A DNA stretch of 64,000 nt from Chrysomallon squamiferum (GCA_012295275.1 CM022666.1:15562001-15626000), one strand, 5' to 3'; counted from the stretch's first letter, positions 29,773 through 46,350 are shown. A program made the numbers and translations. The notes: generated from the letters alone by a model not told the origin.

Positions 29773-31228
29773 ATATCTATCTATATGTGTGTGTATGTAT
29801 ATAAATATATATATATGTCTGTCTGTTTGTCTGTCTACCTTTTTGTTTGTGTTTTGTCTATCTGTCTTTATATCTGTCGTATGTCTGTGCATCTATCTGT
29901 CTCTCTGTATGTCTGTTTGTCTCTGCCTGTATTTAAGTATGTCATTTGTATATCTTTGGGCCTAACACAAAGGCTAGAGATTTCAATGGAAAAAAAGAAA
30001 AACACACAAAAAAAAACCAGCAACGCCAAACCCCCACTTCTTCACGGGTGCATGTTAATCCAGTATTTAAAATTTATTCACTTTTCTTAAAGTGCTAATT
30101 TTGACAAAACAAAAGGCTTGATCGGCGCCCTGTAATTTGCGTTTCTCTTGTTCGTGCAATAAAGATCGGCCGTAAAATTTGTTTTTATTCTTTTGTGGAC
30201 AGATATTTAAACCTGCCAATTTTCTGGGTCGTTGTCTACAGAATAGGTCTGTACCAGATTTTAATTATTTGTACACGTTTGATGTGCAGTTGGCGTAACC
30301 CCGGGACATAGCGATGCCGTCGTTGCTGTCACGAAGACGTAAATAAAAAGTCACTTTTTCACACGTCTGCCTTTGTCCGTTCGTCAAACAGTTCATTAAT
30401 TTTATAGTCCAGCAGTAATTTGTAATTGGCTAAACAGGTAACATGTGTACTTTACGGCAATCTCACCTGGATGAGGTATAAACACTTTTGTAATAAACTT
30501 TACTAAGCCTAAAATATCACTAAGAAAAAAAAAAAAAAAATGTACAAAAGTAAAAAAGAATTAAGTTCCAGCCTGTAATTACATCAAAATTCACTTTCAG
30601 TGTTCCTCCTAAAATTGCAGGAAAAAAATTTAAAATATATAAAAAAAAAAATAATAGCAACTTTCATTTTTGTTAGGTTTATCTTTAGAAAAAAAAAAAT
30701 AAAAATAAAAATAAGAATAAGAGAGCAGAACGGAAGAAGCACACTAGGTAAGATTAAAGGGGATTATCTGCACGATTGCTTAAGATTTATGTTTATTGAA
30801 AACGTGAATGTTCACTGAACACATTACAATAAATCTGAACATACCACGACACCTGGATGAGGTGCGTACGCACGTGTGACGCAACCCGACACCCTTCCCC
30901 GACTTAACTTACCAATTACCCAATGCGTCTAAAACACAGAGCTTGTAAACGTTCCCCGCACAGCGCCACTTGATTGCTCTTTAATTCTAAGCTAATTTAG
31001 AGCCAACCTTTTTTTTTTTTTACATTGTTTATTTATATTCTTTTTTTTTTTTTTTTCAGCTCCGGAATTGCTACAGTTATTTATATTTTAGAAGCACAAA
31101 ACATTACTTCAGTAAAAATATATGTACGTGTTGTACACATTTTTCCCCACTGACGGTTAAAATTATCGCGTGCAGTTTTCTTTGTTGTCGTTTTTGTGTG
31201 ATACTAGAGGAATGGATATGCGACGAAG

Positions 31229-31300
<72 letters not shown>

Positions 31301-31849
31301 TTACTCAAACATACTCAGATGGGAGATAATGTTTGTTTTTCAGTGCTTTGAAGACACGTCTGAATAATAAAAAAAAAATAATAATAATAAAAAAATAAAA
31401 CAAAACAAATAAACAAACAAACAGAGAAAATAAAAAAATAAAATGTAATCTCTTGTTAATCTTATTAGTGCTTTTAACAAAAAACCACAAACTAGATACA
31501 ATGTCAGGAAAAAGTTATTCAGAACAGGGCGAGAAACACAGGACCTTAAACTTCTCTACTAAAGAAAATAACAAAAACAACAACAACAACAACAACAAAA
31601 AATACAACATCCCAGCTCCACCCTTCCCACAAACACACCCACAAAAAAAAAAAAAAAAAAAAAAATGGGGAGTGTAGCAAAAAATGTCATATTTTGCCCA
31701 CGTCTGAGGAATGTCTGTTTCAAACACTGAACTGCGTTTTAATGAATATTCTTATTTGATGATTGTATTTTTAACAGAAATTTAAAACAAACATTCCATT
31801 TCTGTTAACAGTTAAATAGAATACAACACAATTTCTATGATTTAATCAT

Positions 31850-32215
31850 GGAATATTACACTGGGTATGTTACTGAAGGCTAAACTACATCACTAGTTAC
31901 GTCATTAAATATAGCTGTATGATTAAATACTAGAAAACAACACCGGCTCAGTTAATAAATCCTAGAAAACAAAAACACTAGTTCTGTAACTAAATCCTAG
32001 AAAATAACAGGACTGGCTGTGTCATATAACAGAGGAACAGAATAAAAATATCAGTTATGTTACTAAAGGCTAGAATACAACAAAAACACTTGTTTTTATC
32101 ACATACAACCATAGAAAAAAAAAAATAGAACACGACACTAATACCAGCTGCATTATTAAATCCTAGAATACAAACGTACTAGTTGTGTTAGCAAATCCTA
32201 GAAAACTGACATTAA
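31850..32215. repeat. Degenerate 32-35-bp tandem repeat
   Basis: Recurrent actagttgtgttactaaatcctagaaaacaac-like units. Confidence 0.65.
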
Positions 32216-32814
32216 TATAAAAAAATGGAAAGAGAGATTCAAGAGAGATTCCTCCACCCCCCTCCTCCACCTCCTCCCCCTCCGCAAAACTCTACGCTGT
32301 TTTCCTTTCCAAAAAAAAAAAAATCAATTACAATTTGTGTGTAAATATTTATCAAATATTATTTGCTGTTTGTGGAAAGGTGTATGTAAAAGACTCTTTA
32401 TGCTAATCAGCGAGAAGAGCGTATAGATTTTCACAGAAAATTTAATTACGTAAACGATATATTTGATAGACATTCGTCTATTGATTTCTGTTACTGCTGA
32501 ATTTTTGTTATTTAATTTGGACATCTTTATTAGTCCACATGTCTGACATTAACTCGAGATAATGGATTGGTTAAAGCGGCTACTTTTCTATGTAAATGCT
32601 TTATCATATGTTTCGAAGTAATGGAAAGCAAACAGCATTTTGAAATTGTGACTGTAGAAATATTCAGCAAGAGGAGATATTATTTGAAATCAGTTGGGTT
32701 GTTTCAGTGGTTACAAAATTTTAATAAACAAATTTTAAATATTTTTAAAACGTCCACATAATCATGTTGACATAATAATAAAAAGACAAACAGTAACACG
32801 CACACACACACACA

Positions 32815-32951
<137 letters not shown>

Positions 32952-33702
32952 GAACATTCACGGATATACAATATCTAACAGTACAGATGTTAGGTTATGA
33001 TCTGGTTTATTTATAACAAGCAATGATTCAAGTAGGCCTGTCGTGGACATTCCGTATAAAGGTGCGATGGTCAAGGTGTGGCCTTAATTCTACTCAAGTT
33101 TAGAAATGTTCATCAGACTCTTCATAACTTTTATATCACACGTAAAATAAAACACAGACGGGGGGGGGATTGAAAATTATGAAAATTAAATTTCTGTAAT
33201 CATTTACAGCTTAGATATTTCGTATTTAAAATAAATAAATAAATAAATAAATAAATAAATTAATAAATAAATTAAGTAATTAATTAAAAAAAAGGTTAGT
33301 AAATAAATTAATAAATAAAGTAAGTAAATTAAAAAGTACGTATGTAAGCAAGTAAGTAAATAAATAAGTAAAAAAGTAAGCTAATTAGTAAATAAATAAG
33401 GAAAGAAAGAAAGAAAAACGAATGATAAATTAATGGAAATAAAATATAATATTTGATTATGCTTTGACAAATCAGTTAGATCGTGTTAAATTATTTCACA
33501 ATTATTAATTGTTTAGATATTCATTTTATGCAGGGATTTTTGAACGAATAAATAAATCAATACAAGGATCTTTTGTTGTTGTAACTGAATGGGACACGGA
33601 AAGAATATTTTGATCAGTGAAGAAGCGAACCAACAAGTGAATCAATAATGGACAGATACCAGAGGAGTGGTCAGTTTCAATAAAACAGTTTTCCTTGTAC
33701 AG

Positions 33703-33734
<32 letters not shown>

Positions 33735-33932
33735 TATATATGTGCGTAGAAATGAATGCTTTGTATGCTAATTTTCATTGGCAAAAAAAGTTACCTAACA
33801 GCACTGCCTAGAACAGGAAATAACGGATAGCCAGTGGAGGATACATTCAAGTATAATTTAAAAAATCGGTGTTGTTACTGATTTGATTAATTTATTTTGG
33901 AATTAATAATTTATCCTTAGATATTTGTTTAT

Positions 33933-33992
<60 letters not shown>

Positions 33993-35085
33993 AATAAATA
34001 AATAAAAACAAACAAAAAACAGTCTTTAATATAACAGAAAACAAACAATAAACAAAGAAACATAACAAAATAGGAACAAACAAACAAACAAACAAAGAAG
34101 GATAGTAACATTAAGCCAGTGACAACTTGAACCGTTTCTGCTAAAACGAACAGAAAAAAAAACGTACAGGATCCGCTTTCTTGGCGTGCGGAAAAGAAAT
34201 ATCAGCGAGCTGAACCGAACTTGAAATTCGGGCTGAAATGCGCTGTGACAAAGAAATTCAGCCTGGATTTCTGCCTGCAGGTGTTACGTGTAATACTATT
34301 AATGCAGGTAATTTATTTGCTTCCTTCAATGCGGACATTTAACGACAGCGCCTTCAACAGTATCAGCATTAGGGCTGTCGTTTTTGTGGTCGACCCGCGA
34401 AGCGGCCAGTTAGAAACGAAAACCTTTGTGAATCACGAGGTTAAAAACGCAAACAGCTTAGCCTCGTTTCGGAGACACAGTGTAAATAAAACGTCACTGC
34501 TTTTCGCGTTATCGAGTGACGCAAGTGCGCGCCGTGCGTTCTGCGCAACAATGCTTTCCGAGGGAACGAGTTAAACGACAAGCAGACATCGTGTTTGCAG
34601 AAACGATGCACGCGCACCGCACGAGAAGCCCCAAATCGCCGGAAGTATCGTTCGTTGCGAGATTTAAAGACAATATTATTATTTTATCAAGACTGACTGT
34701 GAACGATGTTGTCGCAGTTTCGTCAGCATAAACAACAGCTGCCGATGACGTATGTCCTCTGTACTCGAACTATTAAAATTTGTTCTCACCTTTTAGGCAT
34801 TTATGAATTTCAGTTAATCGTTTTCGGAATTTAAATGCTCAAGGATTAGTTTGTTTAAGAAGAAAAAAAAAAATGTAATTAAAAAAATGTATATAATAAA
34901 ATAAAATTGAAAAAAATATATAAAACGTCGGCTGAAATTTAAGTTGAAGATATCCATCTCATTTGGTTCAAATTTAATAGCATGTTTTTTGTTTCTTTTG
35001 CTTTGTCTTTTTTCTTGTGTTTTTTTTTTTTTTTTGTTTTTAAATATTTATTATTTTTTATTTTATTTTATTTCGAATTTTCTTT

Positions 35086-35148
<63 letters not shown>

Positions 35149-35758
35149 CCGTCATCCTTGTCGTCATCATCATTATTAATTTATTTATTTATTAGCCAGA
35201 TATTTTTATTTCTTGTTATCCGTTCTTCAAAATGATTATTTAGTGTTTTATTTATTTTACTTGTTAAATCAATATATTTAAAAACAAAACAAAAACACAG
35301 CAAAACAGCAACACGTGAACACGGAAACAAAATCTAAAACATTAAATTGTAAAAAACACATCTACGGGTTTTAAATTAACACACATCAATGGCGAGGTTA
35401 AAATGACTATTGCACTACTACTACTACAACTACTACTACTACTACAACTACTACTACTACTACTACTACAATTATCATTACTTCTACTACAACTACTGCT
35501 ATTACTACTACTACTGCTAATACTTCTAATAAAAATAATAACAATAAATAATGATAATAATAATAATAACAATACTTTCAATAACAGCCATAATAATGAT
35601 AAATATGATGATGACGTTGATGATACTGATGAAAATAAGTATAATGAAGATGACGATGATGATAATTAAGATGATTTGAATCAATGATTAAATAAATTAT
35701 TCTGTGAAGGTGTATGAATAAAGTAAAAGAATTAACAAATTAATCATTAAAATAATCA

Positions 35759-35831
<73 letters not shown>

Positions 35832-35981
35832 AATAAAAACGCCTAGTAAATATTTACGAACACAGAAACAATAAAATAAATAAATAAATAAATACATTCT
35901 AATTAAAAAATAATTTCAAATTAGAATATCAAAAATTAAGTAAAACGGAAAGAAAGAAATCGAAAGCAAAATCAGTGAACA

Positions 35982-36042
<61 letters not shown>

Positions 36043-36286
36043 GCAGTAATATTAGTTACAGTAGTAGTACTGTAATAATTATAATAATGATACAAAAAAA
36101 CTCTACTACAAGTACTACTACTACTACTTCTAATAATAATAATAAATATACATATATACAGACAAAGGTTTAGACTGATTAAGAAATGTAAAATTTTCAC
36201 ACAGTTTATTTATCTAAATTTATTTATTTATTTATTTTGGTAATTGTATTTAACATCTACAGTCACTGAACAAACAACTCATGCAT

Positions 36287-36388
<102 letters not shown>

Positions 36389-37272
36389 TCTCTCTCTTCC
36401 TTTGAACAGACTGAGGTATTTTAAAAATCACAACATCCGAGCACTAACTCTCGTAATTACCAGGTAATCATTTATTTATGCAATGTTTTATTTCCCTCTC
36501 TTATTATTATTATTAACGAGAGCGGGGGGCGGGGTGGGGGGAGAGAATTCGAGCAGTGACACCTTTTGACTGCGGAATACGCTGAGCAGGGGGTCCAGGC
36601 TTGATCAATGCTTTCATTCGTGTTGTATGCACGTCTCAGAGTGCTCCTATAGCGTTTTAATTAAGAAGTTGCCTCTTTGCTTTGGAAGTCGCTGAAACCA
36701 ATACTCTCTTGTCCCGTGAAATTAAAAATTAGTCATTTCGTTCCGAGAGGCGTGATCGATGGTTTTGGGGGTGAATGAATGTCTGTTTGTCCGGGAGACG
36801 GACGACATTCGCACGGAAATTCACGCGCGTTTTCGTACGGCGGCGATATTGCGTGAAAGCGACAATGAGGTCCCGTCCCGAAACGCTCGTTACGTTAAGT
36901 AGTTAATAACCGGGTCTGCTTTGACGAGTTGTGCAACAACGCTTTGTGTAAAAAAACGTTGTTAGCAATGTTCACTTCGTCACGGGGATTCCGGGTAACC
37001 AGATGTAGCGGTAACACCTTTTGTCACTACAGCCACGTCAAGTGTAGTCAGTTTCAAAACGATCATTTGTGTCAGCAGAGCTTTTACGACGTTTGAGTTA
37101 GAGATATACGCAGATATACCATACACCTGAGTGGCTTTACCTTGTTCACGTGTCACTGAACAGACAGCTCTGTGCAGTGCTTTCAAGTCGTTTGTTTGTG
37201 TGATATAAGCGTTTTTATTATCATTGTCTGTATCAGAATTTACAATTTGTAAATTCCGATAAGCAGATTACA

Positions 37273-37327
<55 letters not shown>

Positions 37328-39089
37328 TATAGTTTATATATAAAAAAATGTTAAATTCAGTAATACATAACGTTTTAAAATTGCAGTTAATTAATTGAAT
37401 TTTATTATTTTAATGATAAAATTAACATTGTATTAAATAAAGTGAAAATTTATTTTCTAGGAAAAGATAAGATAATTTAATACTAATAAAAACAACAACA
37501 ACAACATTATTATTATTATTATTATTGTTGTTGTTGTTGTTGTTGTTGTTTTATTATTATTATTATTATTATCATTATTATCATTATTATTAATGTTATT
37601 TAGTGTTAATATCCTCTTCCTGTTTAATAAATTACACCTGAGCGAAATTATCATAATAAATTTTTTTTTTTAAATAAATAAATAAATAAGATTCTGAAAG
37701 AAAAAAATATAAAAAACTAAACAGAACAGGAATAAAAAATAATCTAAATAAAAAGTTGAAATTCCTCTGATAAACACTTGTTTTTGTTGTTGTTTTATGT
37801 AATTTTCGTAGAAATAATTATTAAAAAAATTTTTAAAAAAAAGGAAAAAAAGAGGAAAGGTGAAAAGAAAACGGAAGATAAAAGAAAATGAGAAAAAAAC
37901 ACACACAAGAATTAAAAAGAAAGGTAAAAAAATTGATCAAAATTAAAAAAAAAAAAATATATAAAGACAATGAATAAAAATAAAAATAATAATAAAAAAA
38001 TAATAAAAATAAAAGTAAGAAGAAAATCATGAAAAAAAAAAAAACGAAGAAAAAGAAGAAATAACAAGAAGAGATGAATACTTTCAAATGTGTAGGAAGC
38101 ATAAAAACCTGTCATATTTTGAAAACGTATTTTAAAACATCTGCTTTACACAGTTACACACTCATAACACATTCACACACATACACACAACACAAAAACA
38201 CACTCACACAACACACACACAACACACTACACACAACACACAACACACACACAGAGACACTCAAAGAGCTTGCAACAAAGACAGATCTATAGACAAATAG
38301 ATAGACTGATTTATCAGATCCCTGGATAAAAAGACAGATCTATCTATCTACCTGTCCATCTCTCTGTCCACCTATCTCTCTGACATATCGCAAAGCAGAC
38401 TTCATACAGAAAATTAACAGAAAGATAGATAGATAGGTAGACAGAGAGATAGACAGACAGACAGATATTTGTGACAGAGATGACATAAACGTTTTCACAA
38501 CCCTTCTCTGTAACCGCCGACATTGCACACTGGAAGAATTCGCTGAGTTACAAATATCTGTTTAATGACGTGAATCTTTCGGTTTTTTCCAATTCTCAGC
38601 CATTATAGACATTTAAACATCGACAAGCGGTTTCCGCAGCTTAATGTGTGTCTGCGCTTACGTCCCGCTATTGCGTTGTCTTACCACGCTGGTTTCCCCC
38701 GACACAACGACGTCGCACAACTGTAAATCATCGTGGCAGACCGCAACCAACCCGTCGTACGTATTTTCCAAATAACCGCCCGAGTGTCGCCCGTTCCGCT
38801 AAATTTCCGGTCACAAATTTGTACAAACCCAGCTTCTGCATGTAGAGCACCCTTTGTCTTCTACAAGAAATATATTTCTTTTCTTTTCTTTTCTTTTCTA
38901 TTCTTACCAGTTTCTGGTGTGTTTGTTGTTTTTTATTCTTTATTTCGTTTTAAACGAGGGCTTGGTGAAACGTTACGAAAGTGACCCCCCCACCCACCCC
39001 CTCCCCCGGGCGGTCAGCGTTGTTAAAAAGATCAGACGCTAATCGTCCGTCTGTCTGTCTGTCTGTCTGGCTGTGTTTTCACAGTCTTC

Positions 39090-39105
39090 CCAGAAGATGG
39101 CGCCA
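39090..39105 (+). promoter_or_regulatory. CTCF-like / YY1-like motif
   Basis: CCAGAAGATGGCGCCA has one mismatch to the CTCF core and contains AAGATGGCG, the YY1 core. Confidence 0.4.
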
Positions 39106-39181
39106 CCATGAATGAAGGAAAAATGAAGATGATTTTTAGAAAACGGCGAGACTGAAACACGTAAGTATTTCTGACGCAAAG

Positions 39182-39243
<62 letters not shown>

Positions 39244-39587
39244 AAAGAAATATTAAACCTAGAAGTCTTAGAAATAATTAATTATACAGCGGATTGTAAT
39301 TACCCTAGAAATCCTAACACACACGTTTTATATCTTTTTGATATTCACTTTATAAAAATCAATGAAGAATAAGTGTGGGGGGGGAATAATAAAAAAAAAA
39401 ATTGACAGTCTTGTAAATTAATACGACTTCAAAGAATGTAATATTTAATTACTTTTAAATATATGCAAAACTGCCACACACACACACACAGGCTGAAACA
39501 GATAATATATATATATATGCATTTATATATATATAAGCTAGTAAAAATAATAAAATAAGAATATTATATGTGTGTGTATGTGCGAAT

Positions 39588-39631
<44 letters not shown>

Positions 39632-39654
39632 TTATTTGTTTTTTATTATTTATC

Positions 39655-39780
<126 letters not shown>

Positions 39781-40638
39781 TTACTATGCAGTAGACAGAC
39801 GGATTGATGGATGAATGGATGGATAGAGAGATAGATCTACCAAATATCTATCTATTTATTTAACTTTGATGTATACCATATAATATAACACATATACCTA
39901 CAGGCAAATCAACATACTAATAAACATACGTGTTCACTCACATGAATATAAACATAGATTTCTACTTATGCATACTTAATAATGATTATAAAAATGCAAA
40001 TACTACTATTACTACTACTAATAATAATAGCAGTAACAACGAAAAACAACAACAACAACAACAACAACAACAATTATAATAAAAACAAAAGTGAAAAAAA
40101 GAGATAATAAAAATTAATGTAACTGGATATTGTATAATGAGTGAGTGGTTTGTAATCACAAATAAAACAAAAACGTTGTATACGTGTATAGAAATTTAAA
40201 CAATTTTCAGTTAGAACAAATACACTGAAAAACAAGCCTTTTTATTATTTCTGTGTATGCGTGTATGTGTGAATGTGAGTGCTAGTGTGTATGTGTGTCT
40301 GTGTGTGCATTTGTGAATGTGCGTGCCTTTATCTGTATGTGTGAGTGAATGAAATTTTAATTAAACAAAATTAAAATATAATTTCTTCCTTGTTATGAAT
40401 TATTAATTATTAGATATTAAAGGACTAAAATTACAGATGGCTAAGAATTTAATTATATATATACATACATATATATATATATATATGGAAATTGAGATAT
40501 AATTTTATTTAATGAAATATTTTTAATTAAAATATAGTATATAAATGTTATAATAAACATTATAATATATGAAAGTGCGGACCAGATATTTAAAAATTAA
40601 ATATACACTCAAAGTAGTAATAGCGCTAGTAGGAGTAA

Positions 40639-40718
<80 letters not shown>

Positions 40719-41705
40719 ATTATAATAATAACATTTAATAAAAAATAATTTAAAAGATCATAATGTAAACTGTAAACGCATTACACTTGTATTAAAGACT
40801 GAAATTACTATAATTATAAAAAAGTGAAGAAAAAAAACTTTCCAAAAACGAGATTATATATAATTATATTAAATAAGGATTAAATATATATATATATATA
40901 AATATATATAGTAAAAAACAGAAATAAAAGTATGACTAGAAATTTAGTTTAAATTTTAACTGAATATGAAATTTTTAAAGAATGTAACAACGAAATGGAA
41001 TTAAAAAAAAAGTTCATATTTAAATTTTCTAAATTATGAATTATAAAAATAAAATAAATAAACAAAAAAAGAAGAAAGAAAAGTGATAACATTGTTAGTG
41101 GATACAACAACAGAGAATATTTATGTGACTGATGAACTGTTTATTAAATGAAAATTAATAAAATTAAATTAAAACTGAATAATAATACATTAGAAGAAAT
41201 AAACTTCAAATATAAATATAAATATACATAAAATTAAAATTAAATTAAATTAAATTAAATTAAAATAAATAAACAAATAAATACAAGGTACAAAAAAGTA
41301 CAATTATAATACAGTTGAAACGGAATTATTAGCAGAATGACGTCAGAAACGAATATATCAAGATAAAAATAAAAACAAATTAACTGAAAATAAAGACAAT
41401 GTAAAATTTATACGTATATTCTGTTCAAAGTTTAAAAATATCTTCATAAAACATCTAATTCTTAGTTTTTTTTCTTTCTTTTTTTTAAATAGTTCTGGCC
41501 AATATTACTACAACTTAATTTTTTTATTATTAAAATTTTCGAAGGGTTGGTGTTTTCAATACTAATTATCTGAAAAATAACACAATTTTACTAACATGCG
41601 ATTTCTGTTACTAGATGAGAATAACAAAGACTATAACAATAATAATATTGATTATAATGACAACGACGACAACGACAATAACAACAACAACACAATAATA
41701 ATAGC

Positions 41706-41756
<51 letters not shown>

Positions 41757-42291
41757 TAAAAGATATTAAAAAGGATTATGGGATTACTATTTTGTTAAAA
41801 TTCTATAAGCTTTTAGATTTTTATTTTGCGATAATATCTAAGGGTTTATTTATTTACAGTTATCAGAAAAGATTTTCAAATCAGAATTACATCTTGCTTA
41901 ACAGACCAAGAAATATATTAAGATTCACCTTTTTAGAGTAAATAGCAATTAGTTTACGATCATATATAGAGAAGAATTTTCAGTAACATCGTTCTTAATG
42001 TTTGCGCATTGTGTTATATTATAATTTATCATAATGTCTGAATTTTCTTAATTTTATAGGATCAGATTTTGCTCTTGAAATTGTAAATTTGGCCCATGGA
42101 TCATTGCATTGTCATTATGAACGTTCTAGAGTCCGTGATCCCTAGATTTAATTGTCTTTTTACAAAAGATCAATGAAAATCAATAATGAGCCGAGACATA
42201 TAAACAAATTTTCTTCGAATTACCTTTCATTATGACATTTTATTTATTTAATTATTCATTTATTTATTTATTTATTTATTTTTATTTATAT

Positions 42292-42338
<47 letters not shown>

Positions 42339-42431
42339 TTAATTAATGTATTTGTTTAGTTAATTATAGTAGTAGTAGTGGTAGTAGTAGTAGTAGCAGC
42401 AGCAGCATTAGTAGTTGTATTTTTATTTTCA

Positions 42432-42498
<67 letters not shown>

Positions 42499-45400
42499 AA
42501 AAAGGTTCATTCATTTACTACTACTAATAAAGTTCAGTAATAATTCATTAGTTATGTGCGTATTAAACTATCGATATATCTGTCCTCAATTAACTGCAGT
42601 AAATTTATATATACAGACATACACACACGTATATAATGTGTAAAGTGCTATTTCAAGAGCGGATTAATTTGAATTAAAGTTTTTATATCAATATACTCTA
42701 CAGTTTGATTTTTAAAACAGTTCATATCATTTTCTTAGAGAATTTTATAAGGTACACCTTCAATATAAATTCTGACTCGCATTTTAAAGTTATATTTAAT
42801 ATACTTTTGCAACGAAAGGTGAAAAATTATATATATTGAATTGTAATTTAATATTACTTTCGTTTTAATTTCAATTAATATAAATTTCTTATAAGATATT
42901 ATTAAATAATGATATTATTAAATAAAGTGTGAAATAGTTTGAATTTTAAAGTTATTTAAAATAAATTTCTTACAAAATATTCTATTATATCGGTAAAGTA
43001 GGAACTGAAATATATATGTTGCAGAATATTCTATGTCCATGGTCAGAGCAGTTTGAATTTTAAATTAATTGATTTCATATCGTATAGAATCTTGTTATTG
43101 ATGCTTAGTTCACTTTGAATTTTAGAGTAATTCATCAGTGTATATTACAATATAAATAAATTAAATTTTAAGTAAGTAAATAAATAAATAAATTCAATAA
43201 TCAATAAATAAATAAATAAATACTAAAAATAAATAAATAAATAAGCAAAAATAAATAAGTTCGTAAATAAATAAATAAATACGTAACTAAGTAAATAAAA
43301 AAATAAAAAAATAAAAAAATAAATAAGTAATTAACTAAGTAAGTATGTAATTAATTAAGTAAGTATGTTCTCTAATAATAATTACAAGTAAAAGCTGATT
43401 TTAAAGTAACATGCATGTACTGGATATAATATATTCTTTTCATAATATTGTAGAAAACAGTTTGAATTTAATTTAAAATGGTTTTGTTTTAGCATATTGC
43501 ATTACATTTTCAAAAATAAATATAAAATAATATTGTTAAATTTGTACAATAAACTATTCGAATACTTCACTGGATTACATATTAATACCAATGGTTGATT
43601 GAATTATAAAGAAAACATTGCTAAAATATTCTGTAATAAAATAGCGTTTTATAATTTTTTATAGTATTTTATAAAAAATATTTATAATAAAGTTAGTGTT
43701 TTATAAATTTATTTGCCAGAAATCTTATAAAGTTAGTAGCGTATAAATATTAGTATAGTAAATTGTAGAATAATCTGAAGTATCTGTTACGTAATCTCTC
43801 AGTGAAAATTCTGTGGAAAAACACAGCACGTAATAAAAGACATGTATTAATTATGTGTTAACAGTGATTTAACATTTCTTGCATACGTTTCAGACGTTTT
43901 CCTTTATATTTTTAATACCGAAATATTTCAGCTTCTTAACGTAATTATATTCTCTGTCAGCTGCACATATAGTTATTGATTTCAGTTGTTGAACTTAAAT
44001 GTCATCTTATTTTCAAAATACACATTTCACAGAAGACACGTGTAAAATATCTTGATAAAGGTTTTATGTTTTCATTTATTTTATACATGTGTTTATTTAT
44101 ATTTATACATATGTGTGTGTGTGTGTGTGTGGTCAGTAAAAATGTCTAAAAATTTCAAAAAATATATAAAATCTTACAAAATTTTATATAAACTGTAATA
44201 AGAATTTTTATCTTCTTGAAAATATTTGTTCTTAGTATCATGGAGGTGAAAATCGAAAGTGATTTTAAAAAATAATGCAAATATTTATTAAACTGTTTGA
44301 AATTTTAAATGGATAAAAACAAAACAAAATAAAATAAAATAAAATAAATAAATATATATATAAATTAAAAATTAAAATTCTGTATTGGCTTGTTAGTTTG
44401 ATTTTATTATTTTACAAAATGATGCAGGATAATCATTAATAGATTCTGAATTTCAGGAGATTTCAAGAAAATATTAGACAAAATAAAGTCTTATTTCAAT
44501 ATCTTATTTTAAAAGAATATATATTCTTATTTTAATGTTATTATCTTGGACAATATTGTACAACAATTTATAACAATTTTTAGTTATATAACATAAATGT
44601 GTTGAAAAATACAATTTTACAAAAGCGCATTTCAATTTTTAATTACTTTGAATAACGTTCAATTCATTTAAATTATATTTTTGTTTTAATTAGTATCGAT
44701 ATTTTGTGTAACAATATATATCAGTATTTTTATCTACGTTATTACTGTTGAAAAATAAAATAAACTTTCACGAAATTAAACAACGACATTTCGATGCTTT
44801 CAGATACATATGCATATATAAAAATTTATATTTCAATTTGAACTTTGAAGTTATTTATTATAAATATATTCAAAACCACATCGTTTAAAACATAAAATTT
44901 GAAATGTAAGCATCTAACGCAGTATCTCAGAAAGTATTATGTAAAAATCTTATTATCAACCAGTCCAAATGTTAAATTATTTATTATTCGTCTGCTGAAC
45001 AGTATTCTGATTTGGAAGGTTTTAAATGTTTGCAAGAAATCACCTTCTAACAGGAGACTGTAATGTCATAGCTTACAGTTTAATTTGAAAGTGAGTTGTG
45101 TTAATATATTACAAAAGATTCTAAAATTACGCACATAATGCTTCGAGTTTTAGAATAATTTACTATCTCATAAAACGATTCTATAACAACTACATTTACA
45201 ATTTGAATTTTAAAAGTTTACTTATTCAGATTTCGTTTAAAAGATAAAAAAAAAAAAAAAATAATAATAATAATATCAAACTAATGAAGAGCTATAAAAT
45301 GAAGTTATTCAATATCTGCATCTTTTATAAACTCGGTGTCACGTCAGATAAAGTTTAGATTGGGAAACGCTTAAATATCGTACAAATGGTTTACAAAAAT

Positions 45401-46350
45401 TATTATTCGAATTTCAAAACGGTTCCAAGCGTATATGATCCTTAACAAATATTACTTGTACATTTATTTATATTAATTATGATGATGATGATGATGATGA
45501 TGATAATAATAATAATAATAAGAAGAAGAAGAAGAAGAAGAAGACGGGAAAGAAGAGAAAGAAGAAGAATTTTTTTTTTTTTGAAAAAATGGTTTTAATG
45601 GAAACCGTAATATCTAAAAATCGGTTAATATTTTGTCACTTTAGCTGGGTTTATTTCAAAACGACATTAATTTTCAAAAAAAAAAAAAAAAAAAAAAAAT
45701 CAGAACTTCTGATCGACATGCGTATCAAGCACCCATTTATAATGCAAACATTTTTACGATGCCGTTGCGCGGTTTTGTCAGGTGCGTTCCGCGCGCGTTT
45801 TTACGCAGACACACAAATTACTCCGTTTTTTTACTATATTAACATTCAGTTCTGGTTAGCAAATTCGCTGCTAACGTCTCGTCGCCTTCGGTTCATGCAT
45901 TAGTAGTAATTATTTCGTGCCAAGTCTTCGAGAGGCCAGAATTCATTAATAAGAAATCGCTACGTGAGTTGTCGTTCTTTTATTGGCCTTGACTGGGAGC
46001 TATGGTCGTTCGTGTTCGAATAATTGACCGGTGCCGGCAAGCGTTACGCTGGCAGTGGTGGCGTTGGGGTTCTCACAAAGATGCCAAAATTTGCGGATCT
46101 CTTCCATTTGGCGTACGGCCGGGGTGCAAAAAGCTTTTGTGGCAACTTTGAGAGCGATTGTTGTTGTCACACGTGAAACTGTAGTAGACTACATTCATCG
46201 ACTCGCTGTTTTACTGCAGAGATCATACGTGTGCTTAATTATGTATCGGTGATAACAGTAGGAAGTAGAAGAAAAAAAGAAGAAGAAGAAGAAGAATAGA
46301 GACACAGAGAATCGTGTAGAGAGGACGGGAGGGAGACAGAGACAGACACT

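Noticed and set aside
34221-34731. 117-aa and 71-aa plus-strand ORFs in a CpG-rich island (also 53489-53863)
   Set aside because: The 34-kb ORFs have non-ATG starts, none shows family resemblance, and ORFs of this length are expected by chance in GC-balanced islands.
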